From the human T2T-CHM13v2.0 reference genome, Homo sapiens: a stretch of 64,000 nucleotides of DNA. Both the position numbers and the translations under genes were made by a program. This document shows positions 17,641 to 34,658 of the stretch, one piece after another. Under the pieces are notes generated by a model, which was given only the letters and a program-made list of their open reading frames with translations, did not search any database and was not told the DNA's origin. Every line of letters begins with the position of its first letter. Positions within the stretch are counted from its first letter, which is position 1. The stretch lies in the NCBI RefSeq assembly GCF_009914755.1, contig NC_060926.1; one strand, 5' to 3'.

Positions 17641-20026
17641 CATCTGTGCCATCCCCAGCAAGGGGTCCTTCAGCCTCTGGCAGGTGCCCCCACTGAAGGG
17701 ACAAGGCCTGCAATGCAACCAGCTCTTTGCCAGATTGTACCCTCTTCCCCCCTCCTCCCTCTCTTCCTTCCTCTCTCCCACAAATATTTATCAAGAGATT
17801 AATATATTCCAGGAATGGTGCCAAGTCCTGGGTGCCCAACAGTAAACAAAACAGAGACTAGGGGAAAGGCTTTCATTACATCATCCTCTCCCACAGGTCC
17901 CCTGAGGCCACGCAGCGCATGCGGCTGCACCCTGAATGACTAAAGACAGTGATGGACTCCCCAAGGCTCCCGTGGGTCAAATCCCTGTGGCTTCTTTATA
18001 TATTTCTCAAATGGAGGGTGATTATATATGTGATGGACTAAACCAGGACACTTTTGAGAATGAACATGGGTGCTATTGGTAATCACACCGAGACACAGCA
18101 ACGTCCGGGACCAACTCAACCCTCAGTCCGCTCATGGGGCACAGGTTTCCTGGTCCTTCCCTACCCTGACTTCTCTTCTTCTGATGTTTGGTGGTCTGCA
18201 TCCTTTTAAACCACTGTGCTCCCAGAACTGATTCCCATATGTGTCTGCCATACTGGAAAATACCAAATAGGCAAGGAGATCGTTTCAATACTGTCTGCTG
18301 AACACCTTAATAGAGGCAAGAGAGAACGCAGAGGAAGAAACAATGGACTCTTTCTGAGAGAGTGGAAGATGGCTTTGCAGAGGAGCTGCTGTCTGAGACG
18401 GATAGCATGAGTAGGAGTTTCCCCAGGCAGGGAAGGTGTTGTTGTTTCTCCTCAGGGTAGAGGGGAGAGCAGGGTTCCCCGTGTGTCTGTTGCTGAATGT
18501 GACTCATGCTGTTTTCCTGCTTTGAGCCTGCTCTAGGGTGTTATGGGCAGGATGGACTTGTCCTGCGTGCTTGTTGTTCCGCCGTGTTTCTGATCTTCAG
18601 ATTTATCGTAAGGAAGAACAGCCGATGTACAGGCAGAACTTGACAAATGAGGCAACAAGCAACTTGATCTGGGATCCATCGTCCTCTAGACCCCAGTAGG
18701 AGTGAGTCATTTACAAGCGTTTGTTGAGAACAGGCTTCACTGATGGGTCTGTGCTGGTCTCTGGGAAGGCAAAGGTCACATGTAGTCACTGATCTCAAAG
18801 AAATTGACCCAGGCAGCAAGACACATGCATGCAATTAAATTATACCAAAATATCTAAGGGCCACCACACACCTTTATAAGTTTTGTGCACATTTTGGGAC
18901 TACAGAGAAAGTCACAGGTAATTCCAGCTGGAGGAATACACTTGGCTTTCACTGAAGAACTTTGAGGGCTTCAAGGGCCAAGTCACACATCACGGCTGGA
19001 GAAGGAGAGGCTCAGAGGTGTGAACACATAGGAAATGCTTGGGGCAGGACCAGCCTTTGGGGCCAATGGTGTGGGTGGGGTGGAGGGGAGAAGAGGAGAC
19101 AGATAAAGGAGGCTGCCTTGGGATGCAGAACAGGGAGCTGCTGGGGTAGCAAGCCAGCATCGTATCTGGTCAAGTGTCCTCACCCCTGCCTTCCCTCCTG
19201 CTAAGGTCTAAGCACCAGCGTGGTGGCCACCCCAGCAGCCTTGGACCCCTGAAGGCTTGAGCACCAAAGCACACACAGCTGCCTCTGGCTGAGTTCTGTG
19301 GTCGCCTGCACCCCCTCCACCTGCTTCCCCCGGAGGTAGGTCCTTCCACTGCCAGGGGCCGCCTCCTCTGAGGTGAGTAGTGCTGGTCCTCTCGAGGGAC
19401 CCAGACACTCTCACAGCCCGGGTTGATACCATGAAGAGTGAATCCTCACTAGCCCTCTAAAATCGGAAAAGGGGACCCATCTCAGACAGTGCTGGGTTCA
19501 GCTGTGTGGACATCGACAGGGCTGAGAAGAGAATGTCAAACCCCAAAGCATCCCCAGGGCTGTGCCTTCCCATCCTGGGTGAGGGGAGTTCTGCAGGGGC
19601 ACTGGGGTGCTTGTCTCCTGGGGTTCATAAATCATGTCTTTGGGGAGGCCTCTCTCACCCTGCATGGCTGGAGCAGGCCTCTCTCTCTCTCTCTCTGGCA
19701 CTCCTGGGCTCCTATGTAGCATTGACCACAGGGTACTGCAGTTGGGCATGTCTTCATCTTCGTGCCTTCTGGGCTGGAAGCATCCAGGGGGCAGCGAGTG
19801 GGGCCTCCTTGTTTCTGAATCCTCAGAACTGGCACACACAGTAGGTGATCAACAAATGTGGATGGAAAAAGAAAAGTGAGCAAAAGAGGAAGGAAGTGGA
19901 CGGAGGAGGTCATCGAGAAGGAGGAGCGTGGTGCTTGGAGTTGAGAGCAGGATGCACTGGGATTTCATTGGGTCTGACCCACTTTTGCCCTTGTGAACCC
20001 CATCCTTTAAGAAAAGATTAATAGTT

Positions 20027-20319
20027 GGCTGGGCGCAGTGGCTCATGCCTGTAATCCCAGCACTTTGGGAGGCCTAGGCAGGCGGATCACTTGAGGCCAG
20101 GAGTTTGAGACCAGCCTGGCCAACATGGTGAAACCCCGTCTCTACTGAAAAATACAAAAATTAGCCAGGTTTAGTGGCACATGCCTATAATCCCAGCTAC
20201 TCAGGAGGCTGAGGCATGAGAATCGCTTGAACCTGGGATGCAGAGGTTGCTGAGATGACGCTGCTACAATCCAGCCTGGGTGACAGAGTGAGACCCCGTC
20301 TTTAAAAAAAAAAAAAAAA
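20027..20319 (+). mobile_element. AluS
   Basis: Full dimer. Confidence 0.93.
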
Positions 20320-20640
20320 GTACAGTAGGCCTAGACACTGTGCTACTGTGTCCAATGAGGAAGCTGGCCCAGAGCACAGTGGTCACCTAGTAAGGAAAGG
20401 GACTGCCAGGCCCCAGCCAAACAAAACTGACCTTTTGTTGCAGCAAGTTCCTGGAAGCCCCCTCTTGTGCCAGACATTAGCCATTTGATTGCTGGATCTT
20501 GGGAAGGGCTGGATCTTGGAGGCAGGGGCTGAAGTGGTGGGCAAAGAGGCATGTCAGGAGATTGGAGCAGTGACTCTCCATTGACTGTGTGGCAGGTTCT
20601 TAGTATTTGAAAAATGGGTGTAGACATCCTGACACCTTCT

Positions 20641-20945
20641 TTTTTTTCTTTTTTTTTTTTTTTGAGATGGAGTCTCACTCTGTTGCCCAGGCTGGAGTGT
20701 AATGGTGCGTTCTGAGTTCACTGCAATCTCTGCCTCCTGGGTTCAAGCAATTGTCCTGCCTCAGCCTCCGGAGTAGCTGGGATTATAGGCATGTGCCACC
20801 ATGCCCGGCTAATTTTTGTATTTTTAGTAGAGACGGAGTTTCACCATGTTGGACAGGCTGGTCTCAAACTCCTGACCTCAGGTGATCCACCCACCTCAGC
20901 CTCCCGAAGTGCTGGGATTACAGGTGTGAGCCACCACGTCCGGCT
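20641..20945 (-). mobile_element. AluS
   Basis: Reverse dimer; TSD ctgacaccttct. Confidence 0.93.
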
Positions 20946-21908
20946 CTGACACCTTCTATAAGGCTTGGATGGAAGTAGAAATAACAAAATATGGCCACTG
21001 CAAAAATGCAAGATGAAGAAAAAGAAGGCAGCCAGCCCAAAGGCCAGGTTTCTGATCTGGGTACCAGTGAAAGAGACAATTCATTGGCAGGAGTAGTCTT
21101 CAGGGGAGAGATAATGAGTTCTGTTTGGGACACATTGGATGTGGTGTATCTCTGGGATTTCCAGAAAGCTATGCCCCTGTTGAATAGAAGGGTGCAGACT
21201 TTCTAGGAAATAAGATGGGGATGTAAACAGAGATGTGTGAGGTATCAGTCGGCACATAGTAGGCTCTCAATTAGTCTGTCTTGATGTGGTGTTGCTGACA
21301 CCCCAGAGCTGAATGAGAAACCCCTAACGTGAACACATCAGCCCAGCTTGGGAGGTGACTGGGAGGACCTCACGCAGACTGACTTTAAGGAAAAGCACAG
21401 AACATCCTTTGTCTGATTATGATCGACACAGACACCTGGAGGGCATATCTCAGCTCAGAGTTCCCTAGGTGTGCTGGGCTGTCAGAAGTCAGCAGGAGGG
21501 GCTGGCAAGAGTTTGTCTTGAATCTTGAAATCTGGGAGGCAGATGAATAAGAAACTGCATTTTCCAAACCCTGAAGCAATACTTACTTTTCCTTCACATC
21601 TACTTCTCTAAGTGTATTTTTTTAACCTTGTTGGTACATATTATATAATCACATTGTTCAAATATTTGAGATGGTGATTACACTAACATTCAATTTTAAT
21701 TGGTACTTATGTTAATATGTCAGATGTTCTCAGGAAAAATTAATTAGGACTAAACAATTGATTGACGGTCTTTAAAATCCAGACTTTCAAAAACGAACCC
21801 GTTTCATAACCCATACCACAACTGTGGGGTTAATTTGGATCATAGCTTTTATTAGCTCAGGGATGATCTTCCTTAAGACCACATGCTAGTCTATCAATAA
21901 GAAATAAA

Positions 21909-22207
21909 GGCCGGGCACGGTGGCTCATGCCTGTAATCCCAGCACTTTGGGAGGATGAGGCAAGCAGATCACCTGAGGTCAGGAGTTCGATACCAGCCTG
22001 TCCAACATGGTGAAACCCCATCTCTACTAAAAATACAAACATTAGCCGGATGTAGTGGCATGTGCCTGTAATCCCAGCTATATGGGAGACTGAGGCAGGA
22101 GAATCACCTGAACCTGGGAGGTGGAGGCTGCAGTGAGCCTAAATTGTACCACTGCACTCCAGCTTGGGCAATGGTACAAGCCTCTGTCTCAAAAAAAGAA
22201 AGAAAAA
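21909..22207 (+). mobile_element. AluS
   Basis: Full dimer. Confidence 0.92.
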
Positions 22208-22224
22208 TGCAAAACATACAGTTG

Positions 22225-22573
<349 letters not shown>

Positions 22574-22990
22574 CTATCTAAGACAGAAATCCCTTCTATA
22601 GCAAGTCAGATGCTTCACTAGTCTCTTTTCAATCCTGTGAGTGACAGAGATCTCAGTACCTAACAAGACAGCCCCCTCCATTATTGGCTTGTTCTAATTG
22701 CTACCAAATTCTTTCTTATGTCATACTGGAATAGAGTTCCCTGTCGTTTCCTCTTGTCAGCTGTAAATTTCACTTTCTGGAGCAACAGCAAAATTCCATT
22801 TCCCATAGGAAGATTCCTCCAAGAACTGACTCCTTGAAGAGAGAAAAACAAAAGGCTCACGAGATATCATACTCTCCTCCCCGGTGATTATATTAGGGTG
22901 AAGCTCTTGGGAGATATGTAGAGGACTTCATTTCACACGGTGGTGTTATAAGTCTACAAACTTAGAGTATTTTAGGAATCTTTGTTCTAA

Positions 22991-23301
<311 letters not shown>

Positions 23302-23569
23302 CTAAAAAGATTTCTGAATAGATTGGTTAATTTTTGTGGCTGCACTTGGATATAATTTGTTTAAAAGACAGCACACCTTAAGGTCTTAGCTAAGCTTTGC
23401 TCATTCGGGTGGATGAGCACCCCCCAGGACCACCAAGAGGATTACTATACAATATTAAAGATTTTATTTTAAAATCAAATTGTATGCATGAGTGTGTATT
23501 GATAAAAAAAAATTAATTATGTGCACGAGGTTAAATGCAGTCTTAAAGACGGCATCAGGGAACCTTCAT

Positions 23570-23770
23570 AAACAAATGTGCACTTTGGAGTCAGGTTGTG
23601 CTGTGTTAGAATTCCAGCTGTGCCACTTATTAACCGTGTGACCTTGGGCCCCAGTTTCCTCAGATGTAAAGTGGGTATGAAAATAATTAACCTTGCAAGG
23701 CTGGAGTGAGTATTAAGTGCAAAAACATCTATATTCAGCCTGGGATATAGCAGGCACTCAATAAATGGAA
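23570..23770 (+). mobile_element. MIR
   Basis: tgtgaccttgggc...cagtttcctcagatgtaaagtggg...ggcactcaataaat. Confidence 0.8.
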
Positions 23771-24180
23771 AGATCAGGTTTGTAGATCCTAATTTTAAAC
23801 ACAAGAGAGAATGTTCATTTAATTTATTTAGAAAGTTAAATAGTAAGAACAGAGATATACAATCTAGTAAAAAATATTTCAAGGCCATATGTTTAAAGTG
23901 TCTGTCAGTGTTTAAAAATGTGAAATTAAAATGTAACGACACCCAATTGTTATTTTAAAAACTCAAACCATCAATAGAAAAACAAATGAAAATTTCTTCA
24001 CCATCTCTCCATTTCGATCCTCAGTCCCATTCCCCAATAATTTTGCTAAACAGTTTGGTGTACAACCTTCCACATATGCTTATACAAGCACGTTAAGACG
24101 TATTCCCTTCAAAAATGAACTCATGCCATACACATTGTTCTGCCACTTCTTTTGCATCTGACACTATATGATAGACATGA

Positions 24181-24885
<705 letters not shown>

Positions 24886-25781
24886 TTAAAAGAAGTAATG
24901 TCAGTGAAATGTAAGGTTTGCCCTAAGTCCACAATTCTAAAGTTTGGATGACAACGGAAAAATCCAGGTTTATTTCATCTCGAAAATAGGGCAGAGGTCA
25001 GACAGCAGGTGGGGAGATAATCCGGATAAGACAATTAGAGGATTCTGAATGAGCAGGAATCATTTTTGTGGTATTGACAACCACCTCTACAATGACGTGG
25101 TGCTCTGTCGCTTACCTTGCTTTTGGCAATGGCTGCAGTCCTGCAAGGAGAGAGGTGCCCACGATTCCCATTTTAAAGAGGAGGAAACTGAGATTCACAG
25201 AAGCTGACACGCCGCTGCAAGGACAGGAGTTGGGAGTCAGGTAGAGGAAGGTGGAATTTGATTCTTTAAGGCTCTAGGCCAGTGGGTAAGCCATAAAAAG
25301 GAGCAAAGCGAGCCCTTGGCATCTGACCTCCTGCCTCGAGTAGAGCTGAGATTCCTTCTGCAATTTCAGAGGAATGCTGCTCTGTGGCATCTGGCTTAAG
25401 GGCTAAATAGTCCACAGTGTTTTGTGACTCCCTGTAATGTAGCCGGCACTGTGTTAGAAATCAGTGAATGCGGGAAAGTGGGACCCGCATTGGGCTGGCA
25501 ACCATGACTTCTGTCCCAGCTGGGGCATGTCACTGCCCTGAAGAGTGGTATGGGCTACAGGAGCTCTTCCTTGGCTTGGAATTGAGGCAGTTGGGGGCTC
25601 CATGAGTACAGAAGAGGGAGTCTGGGAACTCACTCGTGCTGGAGTTCACAGAATGAAAATCTCTTTCATCCATCCTCATGGTTTCAGAGGTGGGCAGACA
25701 GTCTGGAATTACCTAAGGCTGATCTCGTGTTATAATGAAATAGAATGAAATGAGGAAAAGGGCAAGAAATCTCATCTTTCT

Positions 25782-26077
<296 letters not shown>

Positions 26078-26883
26078 AAGAAATCTCATCTTTCTATGCA
26101 GCTTTGGGAGTGGCTGGCACAGGACAATGATGTTTAGAAAGCAAATCAAGTGGCCTAGCCATCATCCTAGGGGAAGTCAGGGGACCTGCTCAGGAGGGAC
26201 AGACACAACTTGCTCCCCTGGACAGCATCTGGCGGAGGGTGGGGACCGATCCTGGGGGTCTGGCTATCTTTGACTCAGATTAGCAACGCTGAGAGGAACT
26301 GACAGCCCACGTCAGCCTCTCTCTGGGGCCCTCACAGAGAGGGTACTGTCACCCTTGTCTGGTACTATAGTGGGTCAGGAGTCTTCAGTCAGCCAGAAGG
26401 GAGACGCTGACCAACAGGACATCCTCTCCATTCTCCCCAGCCCCTCTACTAGCATGGATGGTGAGAAATGAGTCTCAGATGGAGGCATCTGAAGCAGATT
26501 CTGCAGAAAAGGTGACTCATGCCAGGGATCTCACCTTCCCGAGGCCCTAGGAGCCCCGCTTAGTTCATCTGTGCCTCTGGAGGAACCCCGGACCCTGGAG
26601 CTGCAGAGGTGCTCTTTTGAGGATACTGGAGCTGGTGGCTTCTTCCAGCCCTCTTCTCAGGAGAGCTGCATATTCTTGCTCTTGTGAACATTTCATTCCT
26701 TCATGGAGAAACCAAACACTCCAATCCCCAAAGGAAAATAGAGATAACTGCTGATTTCCACAGGTGGAAGAGACAAAAGCCAGAACTTTCTCCTGGTTTC
26801 ATGAGAAAGTGCTGGGGTTTTATTGTTTGTGTGATCTGATTGATCTGAATGTGTGGCTTTCAGTCTGGTTTTGAAACCCTTCA

Positions 26884-27203
<320 letters not shown>

Positions 27204-27329
27204 TTGACCTTAGTGTAAAAGATATTTAGTTAGCATTTTTTAAATAAAAAGTTTTGTAGCTGCAAGCAAGTTTGAAAACTACAAGTCTGCTGTCTCAGTT
27301 TTCTATGGATTGCTGGTCCTGACATTCTC

Positions 27330-27533
27330 TTTATATATATATATATATATATATAAAATAGTAGCTGAGATTACAGGCACCCACCACCAAGCCCCACTAG
27401 TTTTTGTATTTTTAGTAGAGATGGGGTTTCACCACGTTTGTTAGGCTGGTCTCGAACTCCTGACCTCAAGTGATCCACTTGTCTCAGCCTCCCAAAGTGC
27501 TGGGATTACAGGCATGAGCCACGGCACCCAGCC
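27330..27533 (-). mobile_element. Alu lacking the distal right arm, ending in (TA)n
   Basis: Left arm plus partial right arm; TSD cctgacattctc retained on both sides. Confidence 0.85.
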
Positions 27534-27945
27534 CTGACATTCTCCTTATGTACATAGAGACATAAGCCTTGTTTTGGGAGAACAGAGAGAAATCTGTCCA
27601 TTCATTCCACAAAATATTTTTTGAGCACCTCCTTTGTGACAGGTACAACTATGCATCATGAAAAATAAAAAGGCCTAGTAATGGCTGCCATTGCCTTTGA
27701 GGAGATTGTGCTTGGGGGCACAGGTGACTCCATGGCAGCCAGTTCAGAGGAAGCATTTCGAAGTGAAGTCTAAGCTTCTATCCTTGAACGACTTCATTCC
27801 GATCAGCTGTAGCTACAGACACCATTCTCTTCAAGACTTCTCTCTCTCGTTTTTTATTTAAACCTATGTGTATTTTAATATAGAAAACTTTTTTCATGAA
27901 ACAACTTGCAGGACTAATTTAGGATTAATTAGAATATCTTCAACA

Positions 27946-28260
27946 GGCTGGGAGCAGTGGCTCACACCTGTAATCCCAGCACTTTGGGAGGCCCAGACCA
28001 GAGGATCATTTAAGGTCAGGAGTGTGAGACTAGCCTGGCCAGCCTAGTGAAATGCCATATTTACTAAAAATACAAAAAAAAAAAAAAAAAATTAGCTGGG
28101 TGTGGTGGTGCATGCCTGTAATCCCAGCTACTCAGGAGGCTGAGGCACAAGAATCACTTGAACAGGGGAGATGGAGGTTGCCGTGAGCCAAGATTGTGCC
28201 ACTGCACTCCAGCCTGGGTGACAGAGAAAGACTCCATCTCAAAAAAAAAAAAAAAAAAAG
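27946..28260 (+). mobile_element. AluS
   Basis: Full dimer; TSD gaatatcttcaaca. Confidence 0.93.
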
Positions 28261-28599
28261 GAATATCTTCAACAGTTTGCTCTAAATCATAATTATAATA
28301 AAAATCCATTAAATTTGCACTATTAAGACTTAGTATTTAAAAGGTTATTTAACAAATAACAAAAATAAGACCCTGCTTTTTTCTCTAGACTTACTTTCAG
28401 CACCTCCAGTTTATGAAGCTTTCTTACCCCATGCTCTTGGTCTTTTCCCTCCAAACAAACCATTCTATCCAACTGGGGCCACCTTGATCCATTGGGGGGT
28501 TTTAGCATAGAGTGTAACAGCTGCATGCTTGATTTGGTTTGTTCCTTCTGGCTGTTTTCCCTCTTTCACGAGGGGCTGCTCTTTTAACAAGAAGGCTGT

Positions 28600-28702
28600 A
28601 ACGTGTAACAAGAGCAAAAACTAAGGCTTTGTTGCATTAAGCCGCTGTGATTTGAGGGTTGTTTGTTACTACAGCATACTCTCACCCATCCTGACTAATA
28701 CA
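28600..28702 (+). mobile_element. MLT1 LTR 3' fragment
   Basis: ttaagccgctgtgatttgagggttgtttgttactacagcat...ctgactaataca. Confidence 0.7.
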
Positions 28703-30220
28703 ATCCTATCCGCCCTTGTGTCCCGGGCAAACTGTTTCTCATCCTGTAGCTCAAATGTCCCTCCCAGTCTGTGAAACCATGTTCCACTCCCCCAGGGAGG
28801 GGTGGAGTCTCTTTCCTCTGGGCCATCCTTAATTGTAGCACACAATAAGTTTCATTGGATTTTTCTGTGTGGCTTATAAGTGCCTTGCAAGCAGAAGTTA
28901 TAGTTATATATAGTCATATACAAGTGTTTGTTGATGGACTAAATGAATGCTTGTATTTAGAAATTGCTTCCTAAAGCCTACTGTTCAGAGCTCATTTCTG
29001 AGCTGCAAAGACACAGTCTGTCACTGTAAAAGTGACATGGTGCAATCAGCAGCATCTGCCCAACAACTCGAGCTAGGTATGCAAGCTTGAAATCAAGACA
29101 GTTAGGAGAGAGAGTCCATAAGGTTTCTTTCAGACTCCAATAGTCAGTGCCCTGTGAACATAGCTGGACCAGAAAGAGACCTTCCTTGGCCAGTGTCAGG
29201 GAAAACAACACAGTCCTCCACATTGAAACAATTTGTTAGCATTTACAAGTTCACATTTTTCTGTATTTTAACTTCTAATTGGTTTCCTCTTTTGTGCTAA
29301 GAATGCCATCTGTCCCTTTGACAGGTTTTTGGATTTGATGCCACTTACCAGGAAATATGACCATTATAAGCATTGTAAGAGGATTCAAACGTGTCCATCC
29401 CAAACAGCCTTGTTTTAGGAACTCCATACATGATCCCACACTGTTCATGTGTAGAGGTTTTACCATTTTTCAAGCTCCTGCCCCACAGAATAAAGCCTTT
29501 TTCCTCTATAATTTCTTAGAGCTTATAATATACAGCAAGGTAACATACATGGCCCCATTTTGATTGTAGATTTCCTATCTTCTCTGTGGCAGTAAGAATA
29601 TTATTATCCCTATTCGTAGGTAAGAAAACTGAGGCTGTTGGAAATGGACATGCCCAAGATCATATAGAAATAATAGAACCAGGTTATCAAACTTCATTTC
29701 TGAATCTAAGCCCACTGCCCTACAGATATCTTTCCCTTATGGAATAAAAGCAGGGATAGGGCTCATTATTCCGATATTATGAACCAGGAGAAGTTAATGG
29801 ACCGATCTAAAATTCCTCAAGAAGTAAGACACAATTCTAAGCTTGAAGAACTCCAGTCCTCTCCCCGGGTGACCCTGTGTTCTTACTAGGACTACCTTAT
29901 ATTACCTTGACTCTGCAGTACCTTCTTTCAAGCCTAAAGTTACTTGATTACGGACAAGCCATGAAGAGTAAAGGGGTGTGGCCCAGAGAGATTTCCAGTT
30001 GAAGAAAGAATGATTCAACAGTCCCATTAAAACAAAGAGACATTTTCTGCAGGCTCCCCCAGGACACACATGCTATGGTCTATTGCTGCGGGGTACATGG
30101 AGCCCCTGCAGGAGGGCTGGGACTAGAAGGAAGGGAGGGAACGTTTACTGGACATCCATTATAAGCCAGATGGCTACTTTGTGTAATCCTCACATGATAC
30201 TAAAAGAAAGATGAAAAAAT

Positions 30221-30556
<336 letters not shown>

Positions 30557-30751
30557 TCAGAAAAGTTGGACTATCCAACATAGCAGAACTCGCTGTCATG
30601 TCTGGTGTCAGAGCTGTTCTTTCCAGCATTCGCTGCACCAGATGCTGTAGAAGATGGAAAGGCAACATGGGAAAGGGTGCTGCACTCAGGAACTGCTCAT
30701 CCTGTTAGGGGAGTCGCACACACACACAGGAATCTGATAAAGAACCCCCAT

Positions 30752-31035
<284 letters not shown>

Positions 31036-32481
31036 AGAACCCCCTTGTTGGCGGCAAGCAGTATAAGATTAATGGAGATTTGGGGCAGAGAATGGGTAGG
31101 GTTAGGGGAAGGGAGGACGAGATTCCTTCCAGGACAGTCTCCAGCTGAACTTTGAGGAAAGAATTTGAATAAGCAGAAATGAAAGGAAAAGCCTTTCTAG
31201 GCCAGAAGTAGCAGCTTCTGGAAATGAGCAGATAGAATCACTGATATTTATCAGTGATTGTTATCTGAGTCCAAGGAAACTGAAAGGGCCAGCAGGCAGA
31301 TTCTAGCAATTCCACTCAGATATTGAGGTAGCTCGGGCCGTCCATGGGGCTACAGGAATGTATCCAGCATTATAGGAAAATGAAATTAGCAAGAATCAGT
31401 GGGTGAGATCAGCCATCTACTAAGTAATCACCTGAGGAGAAGATCTGAAAACTTCAGCACAGCGCGAGGTGATCTGGACACATCCAAAGCACGTCATTGT
31501 GTCTGGAAAGTAATCCCAGAAAAAGGAGACCCCTGTCCTTCGTAGAGAGCCTGCCTGTTTCAAGGGGCAGCGCCAAATGGACTCAAAGGCCAGATCTGGC
31601 ATCAGAATTCCTTGTAGCCCTTACAGATTCCTACTAAGATGAGGATCCCCTAATTGTGAGCCATTCCAGTGCACTGACAAATTCAAGTTTGAGGCCCACA
31701 AGGGGAAACCTATTTCTCCCCAAACCCCATACCTGTGGAGCCTGGCCCTGAGCAGCTGCCTCCAGGGACATCTTTCCCATTTTGACTTTTAGCATAAGGA
31801 AACTAAGGGAAATGAGAATTCCAACTCCACAGCAGCAGTATCACCGTCCATTCCCCGTAGCTCTTCATGGTTTGCAGTGCATTTTGACTCACTCCATCTT
31901 AGCCCTCTCTCAAGTCTACGTAATGCATGAAGCTGGAGGGAAGTCTTCACAGTGGAAGGGGTCTTTGAGCTGCCTCCAAGGATGCAAAACTAGTCTCTGA
32001 GGGCAGTCCAGGGTCTGCTGGACACTTCGATTTTCTAAATCAGTAATCAAATTACTGGCATTAAATGAAGATAATTTTTGTTTTAAACCTAATTATGCTA
32101 TTACAAATAAAACTTCCCACCTCCAAAACTCTCTCAGTGGTGGATCTCAAACTCTCCTCCAGCCTCAGATGTCAAAAAACTATGCATTTTGCCTTGGGCA
32201 CATCCAACATCATATACGTTGAATGGCTTTGATGGGCATGATTCTAATCTTAATTAAAGCAGTGCCCGTTTTGGTCCATCTTGGTCTCTTTGAACCCACT
32301 CTCAGCTGACTCAGTTCAATAGCAGTTTGGTGGGAAAAATGCCAACTGGCCTGGGAAACAAAGGAGAAATTTGGGGGTGACTTTAGGCTTCACAAAAGGG
32401 TCCCTTACATCACTTGAAATGATTAACTTTACTGAAAAGTAACAAAATTATTTTTGAAAAATAACAAAAACAAAGAAATTA

Positions 32482-32999
<518 letters not shown>

Positions 33000-33009
33000 G
33001 TTATATCAA

Positions 33010-33900
33010 GAAGAAAGTTTCTCCCTCCACCTGACTGATTGTCTTCTTCAAAGTAAACCCCTGTTAGCAACTTGGTGCACATTCTTCTCAATTTGTTACT
33101 GGGGGGTTGATGCAGATATATCTAAGTACATATATATCCAAAATGCCAGACAGATTGACCTATACTTTGCTTATTTTCCTTCATGTTCAGGAACATTTCC
33201 CGTCTGTAACTATAGACCTAACACATTATTTTTAGTGGGTGTATGTAATTCCACTGCATGGATGTATTACATACCATTCTCCTGTTTAATTTGTTTTAGT
33301 TATGGATATTTAGATTGCTTATAGTATTTTTGTTATTGAGAATGATGCAGCCACACACATTCTTGTTTATATGCTTTTATGTGTTTGTCTTATTATTTCT
33401 CGTAGGATGGATCATGAAGAGTGGAATTGCTTTTCCTCTTGGGGCAGGCACACCAACAGTGTATGTGAGGCCCCTGCTCCCACTCCCCAGGCTGGCCAGT
33501 ACTTTGGGCCAATCTGCTAGACCCAAAAATGTTAATCTCACTGAGATTTAATTTGCATTCCCCTGACTACCGGTGAAGTTGAGCATCTTTTCATATGTTT
33601 ATTGACAATTTGCATTTCTTATTCAGTAAATTACCTGCTCGTATCCTAGAGTCATATTTCTGTCTGCCCCTTTTTTTCTATTCAATTTGTGGGAGCTCTT
33701 TGTATACCTGGGATCTAATCTTTGACTCATATATATGGCAAGTATTTTCTATTACTGTTGTCAACTTTTTATCATAGTAAAATTCTTACATCCAGCACCC
33801 CCACCCCTCCCCTGCCCTTTTTTTTTTTTTTTTGCATTTGGGTTAGGCAGAGAGCTAGCTTTACTGTTTTCCAAATGAAGTCAATCGATCCCAAGGATTT
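33010..33900 (-). mobile_element. Ancient L1ME-like 3' region
   Basis: Antisense L1 phrases (ttaatttgcattcccctgactaccggtgaagttgagcatcttttcatatgtttattgac). Confidence 0.65.
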
Positions 33901-33997
33901 TTAAATTATTTAATCAGTAAAAATGTACACATTTTGAGGGAGGTGTGAAGATCCTAGGAGAAACTGTGCTCTTGTCCCTGAAGACAGACTCAGTAGA

Positions 33998-34300
33998 TCT
34001 TTTTTTTTTTTCTTTTGAGACAAGGTCTCACTCTGTCATCCAGGCTGGAGTGCAGTGGTGTGATGATGGCACACTGCAGCCTTGATCTCCCTGGGCTCAG
34101 GTGATCTTCCTGCCTCAGCCTCCCAAGTAGCTGGGACCACAGGCACGCACCCACCACGCCCAGCTAATTTTTATATTTTTTGTAGAGACAGGGTTTCACC
34201 ATGTTGCCCAGGCCGGTCTCAAAATCCTGGGCTCAAGCCATCTGCCCTCCTCAGACTCTTGAAGTGCCAGGATTACAGGCGTGAGCCACCATGCCTGGCC
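33998..34300 (-). mobile_element. AluJ
   Basis: Reverse J-type dimer; TSD cag(t/c)agatcttt. Confidence 0.9.
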
Positions 34301-34658
34301 AACCCAGCAGATCTTTAATTCACAATCTGGAAAAACCATCTAGAGGCTGTTGCTCTCCTAGCCAGTCATGATTTGGGCCCTTCTCAACATGTGTATGTGT
34401 GTGTTGTTTCTTTGTGTGTGTGTGTCTTAGTAAAGAGGAGATTTGTAAACTAAAATATTCTCCTCTCTCAAAAATCACCTTAATTATAAACCAAATGCTG
34501 TGTATAACTCTATCCTAGCAGTTGGTGATTAGATTGAGGCATCCATTTCAGATGTGGGTCTCCTTCCCTGGTCCACAGTGAGCTCCTTGCGGCTGTACCT
34601 TAACTTACCTCTGTTCCAAACCCACCCAGGGGCTCAGACACAGTAATAGATGGGTACT

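Noticed and set aside
20491-20520. Short direct repeat gctggatcttgg x2
   Set aside because: Two-copy micro-duplication with no array structure or recognisable motif.
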